Source: an uncultured delta proteobacterium
Lineage (GTDB): Bacteria; Desulfobacterota; Binatia; Binatales; Binataceae
DNA length: 64,000 nucleotides
NCBI GenBank assembly: GCA_963724765.1
Contig: CAVRVY010000004.1
Coordinates: 192,001 to 256,000 of the forward strand
Direction of reading: 5' to 3'
The position numbers and the translations under genes were made by a program. Every line of letters begins with the position of its first letter. Positions within the stretch are counted from its first letter, which is position 1. Shown here piece after piece: positions 28,722 to 38,127 of this stretch. Under the pieces are notes generated by a model. That model did not search any database and was not told where the DNA came from. It saw nothing but the letters and a program-made list of their open reading frames with translations.

Positions 28722-29267
28722 ATGGCCACGCCATCGGTCGCAAGGCTCGGACACGTCGGTCTGCACGTCGAGGATCTCGAGAAGGAAAAAGCTTTCTACC
28801 GCGACATCATCGGCTTGACCGTAACCGACGAGGACCCGGAGATGGGGATGGTGTTCATGAGCGCCCGCCCCGAGGAAGAGCATCACGAACTGTTGCTTTG
28901 CCGCGGGCGCAACGTCGGCACCGAGGCCCGGGTGGTGCAGCAGGTTTCGTTTCGATGCAACTCGCTCGACGACGTGCTCGGATTTTATCAGCGCTTCAAG
29001 GAGCATGGCGTAAAGTTCGACGTCATCCTCTCCCACGGCAATGCCATTGGCATTTACGTTTACGATCCAGAAGGCAACCGCTGCGAGACCTATTGGAATA
29101 CCGGTCTCAAGGCGAAGCAGCCGTATGGGCAGGTCCTGGATCTGGAAAAGCCGGCGGCCGAGTTGATGAAGGAGGTCGAGGAGTCGGTCCGCAAGTACGG
29201 CAAGACCGGATTCCTCGACCGCGAACGGCTGGCGCTCCAGAACATCGGACCGGCGCCGAAAAAGTAG
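28722..29267 (+). CDS. VOC/glyoxalase family protein
   Basis: LGHVGLHV, FYRDIIGL, HHEL, YVYDPEGNRCE; GGAGG RBS before ATG 28722. Confidence 0.88.
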   Translation: MATPSVARLGHVGLHVEDLEKEKAFYRDIIGLTVTDEDPEMGMVFMSARPEEEHHELLLCRGRNVGTEARVVQQVSFRCNSLDDVLGFYQRFKEHGVKFDVILSHGNAIGIYVYDPEGNRCETYWNTGLKAKQPYGQVLDLEKPAAELMKEVEESVRKYGKTGFLDRERLALQNIGPAPKK

Positions 29268-29276
29268 GCGCCTCGG

Positions 29277-31967
29277 CTACTGCGATTCGGCGTTGTACGC
29301 GCGCACCAATATCGGACGTGCCGCGCGACCTTCGCTGAAGTCCACGCTGACCGCGCCACTGCGATCGGTCCTGAACACGCGCGCTCCCGCCGCGAGGTAA
29401 CGATCGACGACCTCGGTGGCCGGAAATCCAAAACGGTTGCGATAGCCGAGCGAAAGCACGACCACCTGCGGACGCACTGCCGCGACAAACGCGCTGGAGG
29501 ACGACGTGCGGCTGCCGTGATGCGGCGCCTTGAGCACGGTCGCCGCGAGCATCGCAGCCGGCGTGCGCGCAAGCAGCGCTCGCTCGCCCACGGCCTCGAT
29601 ATCGCCGGTGAAAAGCATGCTTTGCGAGGTCGCGTTTTGAGAACCCTGGGCAATCCGCAGCACCATCGAGAGATTATTGTCCCTGGTCGCGGCCTCGTCC
29701 GGCGCGGGACCGAGGCATCGCACCGACGCGCCGCCCAGCCTCAGCGGACGCATCGACGAGTCGACAATCCGCAGCGGAATTTTTTCCGCGGCAACCTCGG
29801 CCATCAGCGCCGTGTACATCGGCTCGCGCTTGACCGCGCTGGTGATCCAGCACTCGCGGGGCGAGAAATTGCGCGCCACGAAAAACATCCCGCCGAAATG
29901 GTCAAGGTCGGGATGGCTCACCACCAGGTAATCGACGCGCATGATCTTCTCGGCCCAGAGATAACGCGCGACCACGCGCTCGCCGAAGTCGAAACCGCCG
30001 GGCCATGCGCTGCCCGCGTCGATCAACATCACGCGCCCGCCCGCAAAACGCACCACCGCGGCGTCGCCCTCACCCACCGAGAGGAACGTGACGCGCAAGC
30101 CAGGTGTGAACCATCGATCGTACGTCCACCATCCCGCGTCCGCGGCCAGTATCACGCCCAGAATTAGGAAGCACGCTAGGCGCCATCGGACAGCGGATCG
30201 CGCGGAAGGTTGCGGCAGCGGGCTCATCGCGGCGCGCTCGATTGGCCTCGTCAGCCACAGGAGCAGGAATCCATAAACGATCGCGATTTCGAGCGGAGTC
30301 GGGGTGAAAATTCCGAAATACGCCGCCGGCCATCGCACGAACCATCCGGCAAGCCACGTGCCCGCCGCAAGCGACCATCCGGCGACGATCAGCAGCGGCG
30401 CGCCGAACGCCGGTGCGATCATCCCGATCGCGCACGCTATCAATCCAAGGATTACCCCGCCGACAGCCATGATCGGCACGACTATCGAGTTGGCGATCAC
30501 GCCAACCGCCGAGAACTGGTTGAAGTGATGGGCAGTGAGCGGCGCAACGCCGATTAGCGCCCAGAACGAGACGGCGACGTAGCCCGCAATCGCAGCGCCG
30601 GCGCGCGGAATCCATTGCCGCGTACGCGCCGCGCCCGGCGGATGCTTCGCCACGTCGTGTATTACAATCCGCCGCCGCCACCACGGCACGAAACGGCGCA
30701 TTCCGAGCACGATCGCCAGCACCGAGGCGAACGATAGCTGGAAACCGATGTCCGCGGTCGAGCCCGGCAGCGCCAGGCAAATCACGATCGCCGCCAGCGC
30801 GAGGCTCGCCAGCAATGCGCGCGCGCGGTCGGCTATCACCGCCAGCGCGTACGCGAGCACCATCACCAGCGCCCGCGCGGTCGAGACGTGAGGCATCGCA
30901 ATCGCGGCATAGGCGCTCGCGGCGAGCGCCGCGGCGAGCGCCGCCGCCTTGTTGGCGTAACCGCGCGCCGTCAGCGCCGGCAACAGCATCATCAGCAGCC
31001 GCACGAAGCTGAACGCGGCGGCGGCGACGAATCCCAGATGCAGTCCGGAGATAACCAGCATGTGCGCCAGTCCGGCCAGCGCGAACCGCTGGCGCAGGGC
31101 TTCGCCGATACCGCCGCGGTCGCCGATTATCAGCGCTCGCATCTCGGCGCGCTCTTCGCCGGCGAGGTTGGCGTCGATAAAGCCGCCGATTCGCGCGCGA
31201 ATCGCGGCGATTTGCGAAGCCGGAAACTCGCGGCGGTAACCGATTACCGCAAGCCGCGTGCGGGCGCCCGCGTTCAGCACCATCGTTGCGGCGATTCCCT
31301 GGCGCGCCAGGTATGTCGCGTAATCGAACTCGCCCGGATCGCCGAAGTTGCGCACAAAGCGCAGCGCACCTTCGACCCGCACCTCGTCGCCGACGCGAAC
31401 GGGCGCGGGCGCGCCCACAACCGTCAAGCGAATAGTGCCCCCTGAAGCCCGAAGCCTGGAGGCGGACGCGCCGGCGCGCTCGACGTCGACGAATACGTAC
31501 TCGCGATCCGGGTATTGTTGCGAGGCGCGGTTGATTCGTCCCTCGAGCGTGAGCGCCGCGCCGTCGGAAAAATTGCGGATGCTGTGCGCTGAGTAATGCG
31601 GCGCGACGGATTCGCGCGCCGGCATCGAAGCGGCCGCGGCGATCGCAAGCATCGCGACGGCGATCGCCGCCGGCGCCGCACGCCGCATGAAGAGTGCGGC
31701 CGATGCTATCGCGAGCGTCGCGGCCAGCCATAGCGGCACGCTAAAGAGGCTCACGCCTATCGCGTCGCCCGCCAGGATCGCGACGGCGACGAGATAGATC
31801 GGCGCAATTTCAAGCAGCAAGCCGAACGATATAAACGCATACGCCGGCGGAGCGCGCGAAGGGGTGAGCGTTGCGGACGGGAGCGCGCGCACTCGCGCTG
31901 GCGTTGGCGCGTTCGCGGCTGCGGCGGCCGCAAGCGGAGCGTTGCTACCGGCCGCCATTGCGCGCAC
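29277..31967 (-). CDS. comEC: DNA uptake channel ComEC/Rec2 (start uncertain)
   Basis: HMLVISGLH, GFQLSF; metallo-beta-lactamase domain (SHPDLDHFGG, LFTGD, PHHGS). Confidence 0.93.
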   Translation of the reverse strand: MRAMAAGSNAPLAAAAAANAPTPARVRALPSATLTPSRAPPAYAFISFGLLLEIAPIYLVAVAILAGDAIGVSLFSVPLWLAATLAIASAALFMRRAAPAAIAVAMLAIAAAASMPARESVAPHYSAHSIRNFSDGAALTLEGRINRASQQYPDREYVFVDVERAGASASRLRASGGTIRLTVVGAPAPVRVGDEVRVEGALRFVRNFGDPGEFDYATYLARQGIAATMVLNAGARTRLAVIGYRREFPASQIAAIRARIGGFIDANLAGEERAEMRALIIGDRGGIGEALRQRFALAGLAHMLVISGLHLGFVAAAAFSFVRLLMMLLPALTARGYANKAAALAAALAASAYAAIAMPHVSTARALVMVLAYALAVIADRARALLASLALAAIVICLALPGSTADIGFQLSFASVLAIVLGMRRFVPWWRRRIVIHDVAKHPPGAARTRQWIPRAGAAIAGYVAVSFWALIGVAPLTAHHFNQFSAVGVIANSIVVPIMAVGGVILGLIACAIGMIAPAFGAPLLIVAGWSLAAGTWLAGWFVRWPAAYFGIFTPTPLEIAIVYGFLLLWLTRPIERAAMSPLPQPSARSAVRWRLACFLILGVILAADAGWWTYDRWFTPGLRVTFLSVGEGDAAVVRFAGGRVMLIDAGSAWPGGFDFGERVVARYLWAEKIMRVDYLVVSHPDLDHFGGMFFVARNFSPRECWITSAVKREPMYTALMAEVAAEKIPLRIVDSSMRPLRLGGASVRCLGPAPDEAATRDNNLSMVLRIAQGSQNATSQSMLFTGDIEAVGERALLARTPAAMLAATVLKAPHHGSRTSSSSAFVAAVRPQVVVLSLGYRNRFGFPATEVVDRYLAAGARVFRTDRSGAVSVDFSEGRAARPILVRAYNAESQ

Positions 31968-32185
31968 CGGAGCCAGCTCTAAATCGGGATGGCCCGAATC
32001 GTTCCACGCATCATTGTGATGCTGATAGTGAAGACGACGCGCTCGCGGACGGGATAATCCGCACCGACCGAAACTCGTTCGCGGTTATTTTTGACCGCCG
32101 CTGATCTTAACCGACGTTGGACCCCGATCAGTGCAAGCGCAGAGGGCCGTTCGTGAACGACCCTTCTTCGGAACATCACCGGGCG

Positions 32186-34447
32186 TCAGTCGGAATCGCC
32201 GCGAGCGTCCGCGTGTCCCGGTGGCTGCTGTGGCATTAGTTCCAATTGCGCGCTGTCAGCGGCATTATCGGCTGCGGCGACCGCGGCGTCTTCCTCGGCC
32301 GTCTCCGCACGCTCCTGCTCCTCGAGCATCGCGCCCATCGTGTCGAGGTACCGCCGCACCTCGGCCGCCAGGTCGCGGTTCATCCCCTTCACCACCCCGA
32401 TCTCATCCACGCTCGCCGCGCGAATCCGCTTGAGGCTGCCGAAATGGCGTAGCAGCGCGCGCCGCCGCACCGGCCCGATACCCTCGATATCGTCGAGCAT
32501 CGAGCGCAGCCGCGAGCGCCGGCGCAACTCGCGGTTATAAGTGATCGCAAAGCGATGGGCCTCGTCGCGGATGCGCACCAGCAGGAAGAGCGCGGTCGAA
32601 TTCTTCGGCAGCACGATAGGATCCTTGCGATTGGGCAGGAATACCCGCTCCTCGGACTTCACCACGGCGCGCGCGCGCGGGTCGTTGAGCACGTGCTGCT
32701 TGGCGAGCGAGACCACGTCGATTTGGTCGAGCAGCTTGAACTCCCGCAATACTTCAAGTGCTACATTAAGTTGCCCTTTGCCGCCGTCGATGACCCACAA
32801 GTCTGGATATTCGCTTTCGGCGGTCGCGCGCTTGAGGCGGCGGCTCAGCACCTCGTACATGCTGGCGAAATCGTCCTGGCCCTCGACGGTGCGGATGCGG
32901 TAGCGGCGGTAGAGGTCCTTGCGCGGCTCGCCCTCGTCGAAAGTGGCCTGCGACCCGACCACCATCGAGCCCTGCAAGTTGGAGATGTCATAACACTCGA
33001 TGCGCTTGGGGGTGTTACGCAGATGGAGCCGCGTGCGCAGTTCCTCGAGCATCCGCTCGCGCGTGTTCTCGTTGTCGCGGCGCGCGGCGAAGCTCTGGCG
33101 CGCATTGTCCATCGCCATCTCGAGCAGCCGCAGTTTCTCGCCGCGCTGCGGCACCAGGAACTCGACTTTTTTTCCGCGCCGCTCGGTCAGCAGCTCGGCG
33201 CGCACGTCGGCGTCCTCCAGCGCGACCGGCACGATCACCTCATCAGGAGCGATTCGAGCGCCCGAATAGAATTGCGTGAGCAGGTCGGCGAGGATGTCCT
33301 CGTCGGCGAATTCGAGGTCGTGGAAACTCCATCCCTGCGTATTGGTGAGCTTGCCGCCGCGCACCATCAGGACGATCGCCTCGATAAAGCCGCCCTCGCG
33401 ATACAGGCCGAAGACGTCCTGGTCGATGCCCCAGTGATGGAGCACGGTCTGGCGCTCGACGGTCCTTTCGATCGCGCGCACCTGGTCGCGCAGGCGCGCC
33501 GCCTCCTCGAACTCCAGCCGCTCGGCATGGCCGCGCATCCGCTCGCGCAACTCCTTGAGCACTTCGAGGTTGCGCCCCTCGAGCAGCATCTGCGCGGCGT
33601 GCAGATGGTCCTCGTATTCGGCGCGGTCGACCGGCAGGCAGCACGGCCCGAGGCATCGCTTGATCTGGTACTCGATGCACGGGCGGGAGCGGTTGCGAAA
33701 CACAGCGTCCGAGCAGGTGCGTAGCGGAAAGACCTTGCGGATGACGTCAATCGTCTCGCGCAAGCCGTCGGCCGAGCCGAAGGGGCCGAAGTATTTGCCG
33801 CCGTCGCGGACAATCTTGCGCGTGACCATGATGCGCGGCCACGGATGGTTGGTCATCTTGGCGCTCAGGTACGACTTGTCGTCCTTGAGCCTGATGTTGT
33901 AGCGCGGGCGGTACTGCTTGATCAGGTTGTTTTCGAGGATCAGCGCCTCTTTCTCGCTGCGCGCGACCAGTACGTCGAAATCGCCGACACGCTTCATCAG
34001 GAAACGCACCTGAAAGCGTGTGTCGCCGCTTTCGCGGAAGTAGGCGCGCACGCGCGCGCGCAGCGACTTGGCCTTGCCGACGTAGAGGACTTTACCGGGA
34101 ATTCGACCCGCGCTCTTTGCGCCGGCGCGGTCGCGCAGCAGATAGACGCCGGGCTCCGCGGGCACGGCGTCGAGCTTGCGCTCGAGCGCGGCGTCGTCTG
34201 CGGCGCGTTGCGCCGCAGACGACGCCACCTCCGAATCCGCCGGCGCGCCGGCGGATTCCGCGCCCTGCGCGGGGGCAGCGCTCGCCAGCGCGCCGGTTTC
34301 GTTCGAAGCCGGCGCTAAAGCATCGACGGCGTCGCCGTCGATGCGGTTCGCGTCGATGCTGGCGGCGAGGGGCCTCGCGTGGAGGCCCTCCGCCGCACGC
34401 ACCATCGCGGCGGCCGAGCGCCGGTCCCCTTTGCGCGCCTTCGACAT
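32186..34447 (-). CDS. uvrC: Excinuclease ABC subunit C
   Basis: PGVY..YVGKAK GIY-YIG, RIECYDIS, IDGGKGQL, RDEAHRFA, HhH. Confidence 0.97.
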   Translation of the reverse strand: MSKARKGDRRSAAAMVRAAEGLHARPLAASIDANRIDGDAVDALAPASNETGALASAAPAQGAESAGAPADSEVASSAAQRAADDAALERKLDAVPAEPGVYLLRDRAGAKSAGRIPGKVLYVGKAKSLRARVRAYFRESGDTRFQVRFLMKRVGDFDVLVARSEKEALILENNLIKQYRPRYNIRLKDDKSYLSAKMTNHPWPRIMVTRKIVRDGGKYFGPFGSADGLRETIDVIRKVFPLRTCSDAVFRNRSRPCIEYQIKRCLGPCCLPVDRAEYEDHLHAAQMLLEGRNLEVLKELRERMRGHAERLEFEEAARLRDQVRAIERTVERQTVLHHWGIDQDVFGLYREGGFIEAIVLMVRGGKLTNTQGWSFHDLEFADEDILADLLTQFYSGARIAPDEVIVPVALEDADVRAELLTERRGKKVEFLVPQRGEKLRLLEMAMDNARQSFAARRDNENTRERMLEELRTRLHLRNTPKRIECYDISNLQGSMVVGSQATFDEGEPRKDLYRRYRIRTVEGQDDFASMYEVLSRRLKRATAESEYPDLWVIDGGKGQLNVALEVLREFKLLDQIDVVSLAKQHVLNDPRARAVVKSEERVFLPNRKDPIVLPKNSTALFLLVRIRDEAHRFAITYNRELRRRSRLRSMLDDIEGIGPVRRRALLRHFGSLKRIRAASVDEIGVVKGMNRDLAAEVRRYLDTMGAMLEEQERAETAEEDAAVAAADNAADSAQLELMPQQPPGHADARGDSD

Positions 34448-34456
34448 AAGGCCGCG

Positions 34457-34465
34457 ATTATACCA
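34457..34465 (-). promoter_or_regulatory. Extended -10 promoter (TGGTATAAT) just upstream of uvrC
   Basis: Minus strand reads TGgTATAAT-N9-ATG with no SD sequence. Confidence 0.6.
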
Positions 34466-34551
34466 TCATGGCGGCGCCGGACTTACTGGAAACCCGGCCG
34501 GGATTTGCCCCGGCCAGCCGGCGGGCGGCAAGCCAGGAGGGCTTCTTTACG

Positions 34552-35394
34552 ATGGGCAGGTTAGACGGCAAGGTTGCGGTGATAACCGGCGCGGCGAGCG
34601 GGATGGGCCGCGCAGCGGCAATACGCTTTGCGGGTGAGGGCGCAGCGGTCGTGGTCGCCGACCTCAACGACGAGGGCGGCGCGGCAGCGGTGCGCGAGTG
34701 CAAGGAAAACGGCGGCCGCGCGGTCTTTCAGAAGACCGACGTCACCAGCGAGGCCGGGATCAAGGCGATGATCGATCGTGCGGTCAAGGAATTCGACCGT
34801 CTCGATATCACCTTCAACAATGCCGGGCTGCCCGGCGCGCTGGGATCGATCGAGCAGACCAGCGTCGAGGACTGGGATCGCACCTTTGCGGTGCTGACGC
34901 GCGGCGTGTTCCTGGGGATCAAGCATTCGGTGGCCGAGATGCGCAAAGTTGGCGCCGGATCGATCATCTCGACCGCGTCGGTGGCGGGACTGGCGGGCGG
35001 CTACGGCCCGCACGCCTACAGCGCGGCCAAAGCGGGCGTGATCAATCTCACGCGCTCGGTCGCGCTCGAGGTCGCCAAGGACAAGATTCGCGTCAACTGT
35101 ATCTGCCCGGGCGGAATCAACACGCCGATTTTCAACTTCCTCACCTCCGACCGCGAGATGACGGGCAAGCTGCTCGGCCCGTTGCATCCGCTGCGCCGCG
35201 CGGGCCTGCCCGAGGACATCGCCAACATGGCGCTGTTCCTGGCCAGCGACGAGGCGGAATGGATCACCGGAGTCGCGATGGTGGTCGATGGCGGGCTGAC
35301 GGCCGGACGCGACATCTTTGGCGATCCGCAGTTCGGCGGCGGGATGTACTCGGCCAACGTGTACGTCGGCCCGTCGTTCGAGATTAAACGCTAG
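34552..35394 (+). CDS. SDR family oxidoreductase
   Basis: TGAASGMG, NNAG, YSAAK; GGAGG RBS. Confidence 0.93.
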   Translation: MGRLDGKVAVITGAASGMGRAAAIRFAGEGAAVVVADLNDEGGAAAVRECKENGGRAVFQKTDVTSEAGIKAMIDRAVKEFDRLDITFNNAGLPGALGSIEQTSVEDWDRTFAVLTRGVFLGIKHSVAEMRKVGAGSIISTASVAGLAGGYGPHAYSAAKAGVINLTRSVALEVAKDKIRVNCICPGGINTPIFNFLTSDREMTGKLLGPLHPLRRAGLPEDIANMALFLASDEAEWITGVAMVVDGGLTAGRDIFGDPQFGGGMYSANVYVGPSFEIKR

Positions 35395-35679
35395 CGCCGG
35401 TTGTGCACGTGAGCAAACCGGGCGTCGGGCTTGATGCGTGGCCCTCGCGCAGGCGCTGGGCACAAACCATCATCGCCAAGGTGCCGTTCCAAGTTCCGCG
35501 CGGCACGCCCGAGCCGCGCGGCTGGCTCGTCGATAGGTTTCCGCGCTTTGCTACAGAAGAAGCCGTGCGCATGTGTTTCGATGCGTGGCTCGCGCGCCAA
35601 GCACCCACGCCCGATGGAGGGGCGAACTTGACACGCGAAATACCATGTCAACTGTGTACAGGGTGTGGGATAAATCCAA

Positions 35680-35957
35680 GTGGTTGACCCGAACGATCTG
35701 AGGCTCGCGCACAAGCACTGTTTCAAGAACCGTACGGAAGTGTTGGCAAGTGAAATGTGTGGTGCTTCTGCTGTTTGGACAATTATCCACCGTCACGTAT
35801 TTCCGAATGGACCATCTAGAGAGACGGGGAGCAGACCGCGCTATGTCCGATGTGCGGAACCGATTCTGTTACAGGTTTCGCTTCTGGATACCCAGTGACC
35901 ACGGAATGGCTCGACCGCATGGAAATGCGCTGGTTTGGCCTCAGGAGAGCGCGTTAA
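35680..35957 (+). pseudogene. Disrupted small Cys-rich protein (CGCFxC...TALCPxCGxDSV type)
   Basis: MVDPNDLRLAHKHCFKNRTEVLASEMCG, 1-bp frameshift near 35763, then CFCCLDNYPPSRISEWTI*RDGEQTALCPMCGTDSVTGFASGYPVTTEWLDRMEMRWF. Confidence 0.75.
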
Positions 35958-36030
35958 CGTTCCAGACGGCATCAAGGAGATACCTGAAGTAGACTCACGA
36001 AATATTATGTCTGCTTGCATACCCACCAGC

Positions 36031-36066
36031 GAAGAACGCGGCGGCCGATTCCGGCCCGCCGCGCTC
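36031..36066 (-). terminator. GC-rich hairpin downstream of paralog A (homologous hairpins ~36650-36682 and ~37688-37725)
   Basis: CGCGGCGG-ccgattccggc-CCGCCGCG stem conserved after all three paralogs. Confidence 0.6.
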
Positions 36067-36105
36067 ACTGATTGTTCAGACGCCTTGGAAAATTAACGCC
36101 CCGGC

Positions 36106-36477
36106 TCAGCTCATCTCCGATATCTTCCCTTTCCACGAGCGCGCGGCCAGGTCGATCTCGCCCTCAGAAGCGAACCTGCGGCCATCCGAGATCTGAGTAA
36201 AGCCCTGCGTGCGCCACCGGTGTTTCCCGATGCTTTCAGTGGTTCCCTGACCGAAGCCGGTGAGGCCTTCGCCATTGTCCAGGTATGCTACTGCACAGTC
36301 ACTGTAAGTCCCGCCTTTGGGACCGCCGACGTAAGTCGCGGTGAGGAAAACGGCTCCGAACCCCGTCGCCGTCCCTTCCCAATTCGCCTGCGCAAGTACG
36401 CTGCCTGCTGGCCCAGGACTGTAGGTGACCGTCACGGCCTTGAACGAAAATTCTCCTAACGCTTTACCCGCTGCCAT
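36106..36477 (-). CDS. Hypothetical 123-aa beta-rich protein, paralog A
   Basis: MAAGKALGEFSFKA...NWEGTATGFGAVF...AYLDNG...DLAARSWKGKISEMS; GGAGG RBS. Confidence 0.85.
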   Translation of the reverse strand: MAAGKALGEFSFKAVTVTYSPGPAGSVLAQANWEGTATGFGAVFLTATYVGGPKGGTYSDCAVAYLDNGEGLTGFGQGTTESIGKHRWRTQGFTQISDGRRFASEGEIDLAARSWKGKISEMS

Positions 36478-36710
36478 GTTCTTGTCCTCCCTTGCGTCGC
36501 TAAGATGCTTGGCTAGCTGTAGTCCCTTGCCAGGCTTAAGGCGAACGCGCAGTGCCCGCATAACTGGCTCTTGAAATATCATGTGTACATCCGTGGGCTT
36601 ATGGCTGTGCCACGCCCCGCCGCGAGCGGACACGCAAGACGCCAGCGAGAAGCGCGGCGGCCGATTCCGGCCCGCCGCGCTCACGACGCTCTCGAAAATT
36701 GACTCCCGGC

Positions 36711-37082
36711 TCAGCTCATCTCGAATATCGTCCCTTTCCACGAGCGCGAGGCCAGGTCCATCTCGCCCTCGCCGCGGACCCGACGACCGTCGGAGATTTG
36801 CACAAAGTTCTCCGTGCGCCACCGGTGTTTCCCGATGCTTTCATAGGTTCCCTGGCCAACTGCGGAGAGTCCGTCGCCATTGTCCAGGTATGCTGCCGCG
36901 CACCAACTGAAGGTCCCGTTCTTGGGGCCACCGACGTAGGTAGCCGTGGCGAAGACTGCTCCAAATCCCGTCGCCGTCCCTTCCCAATTCGTTTCCGCGA
37001 GGACGCTACCCCCCGGCCCAGGACTGTATCTGATGGTGATGGCCTTCAACGAAAATTCTCCTACCTGTTTACCCGATGCCAT
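36711..37082 (-). CDS. Hypothetical 123-aa beta-rich protein, paralog B
   Basis: Same length as A and C and aligns with them without gaps. Confidence 0.85.
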   Translation of the reverse strand: MASGKQVGEFSLKAITIRYSPGPGGSVLAETNWEGTATGFGAVFATATYVGGPKNGTFSWCAAAYLDNGDGLSAVGQGTYESIGKHRWRTENFVQISDGRRVRGEGEMDLASRSWKGTIFEMS

Positions 37083-37457
37083 AGCTTGTTCTCCCTTACG
37101 TCGCTAAGACGTTAACCAGCCCTATTCCTATGCCAAGCTTAAGGCGAACGCGCAGTATGCCCATAACGGGCACTTGAAATATTATGTCATCCGAATCGAA
37201 CACGTTCGGCGAGAGGATGACCGCCTTCTAGCACAGTTGCAAAAGGACCATAACCTTTGTTGGCTATTTCGTTATTGTTGGGAGGGTTGTCTTCAGTCGC
37301 GCCGGTCTTCTGATATCGCGCTTATGATGGGTGTGATGAGCATCCCAGGGGGTCATTATTATTTGCCTGCGCTGGCATCGCGAGCGGCGTAGTGGCATTT
37401 AGGTGAGACACTTGGTACGCGAAATACTATGTGAATTTGGCGAGATACCCATAGTTC

Positions 37458-37628
37458 ATGATACTCAAGGCATGCTGCATTTGCGGCCGCTCCGCTATGT
37501 TCGAATCTTCAGCATACGATTCACATTGTGAGAAGCACAGGAAGCATTGGGATCGTTTGATAAAAATGGATTTGCAGATGTTCGCAAGACTCGACCGCGT
37601 CGAAGGCGTCGGCAAAGGTCTGCGGTAG
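37458..37628 (+). CDS. Small 56-aa ORF with possible CxxC...CxxH Zn motif
   Basis: MILKACCICGRSAMFESSAYDSHCEKHRKHWDRLIKMDLQMFARLDRVEGVGKGLR; nearly fills the interval between two dif-like sites. Confidence 0.5.
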   Translation: MILKACCICGRSAMFESSAYDSHCEKHRKHWDRLIKMDLQMFARLDRVEGVGKGLR

Positions 37629-37755
37629 ACGAGTTGAAGAGACCACCTTGATGCACGAAATATTATGTATGCTTGCTATCCGCCAGCGAAAAGCGCGGCG
37701 GCCGATTTCGGCCCCGCCGCGCTTCACTGACGCTCTGGAAAATTGACGACCCGGC

Positions 37756-38127
37756 TCAGCTCATCTCGGATATCGTCCCTTTCCACGAGCGCGAGGCCAG
37801 ATTGATCTCGCCCTCAACAGCCATCCTTCTGCCATCCGAGAGCTGAACAAAGCCCTTCGAGCGCCACTGGTGTTTCCCGGCGCTTTCAGTGGTTCCCTGA
37901 CCGACGCCGGTAACAGAGTCGCCATTGTCTAGATATGCTATCCCACAGTCACTGTAACTTCCGCCTTTGCCGCCGCCGACGTAAGTCGCAGTGGCGAAGA
38001 CTGCACCGAACCCCGTAGCGGTCCCTTCCCAATTGGCATGCGCCAGTACGCTGCCTGCAGGCCCAGGGCTGTAGCTCACCGTCACGGCCTTGTACGAAAA
38101 TTCCCCTAATGCCTTACCCGATGCCAT
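37756..38127 (-). CDS. Hypothetical 123-aa beta-rich protein, paralog C
   Basis: MASGKALGEFSYKA...NLASRSWKGTISEMS. Confidence 0.85.
   Translation of the reverse strand: MASGKALGEFSYKAVTVSYSPGPAGSVLAHANWEGTATGFGAVFATATYVGGGKGGSYSDCGIAYLDNGDSVTGVGQGTTESAGKHQWRSKGFVQLSDGRRMAVEGEINLASRSWKGTISEMS

Noticed and set aside
31979-32179. 66-aa ORF or structured RNA between uvrC and comEC
   Set aside because: Atypical composition, only a weak hairpin, and no recognisable family.
37197-37208. LexA-like palindrome CGAAC-AC-GTTCG
   Set aside because: Spacer is 2 nt rather than 4, and the motif was not seen upstream of the uvr genes.
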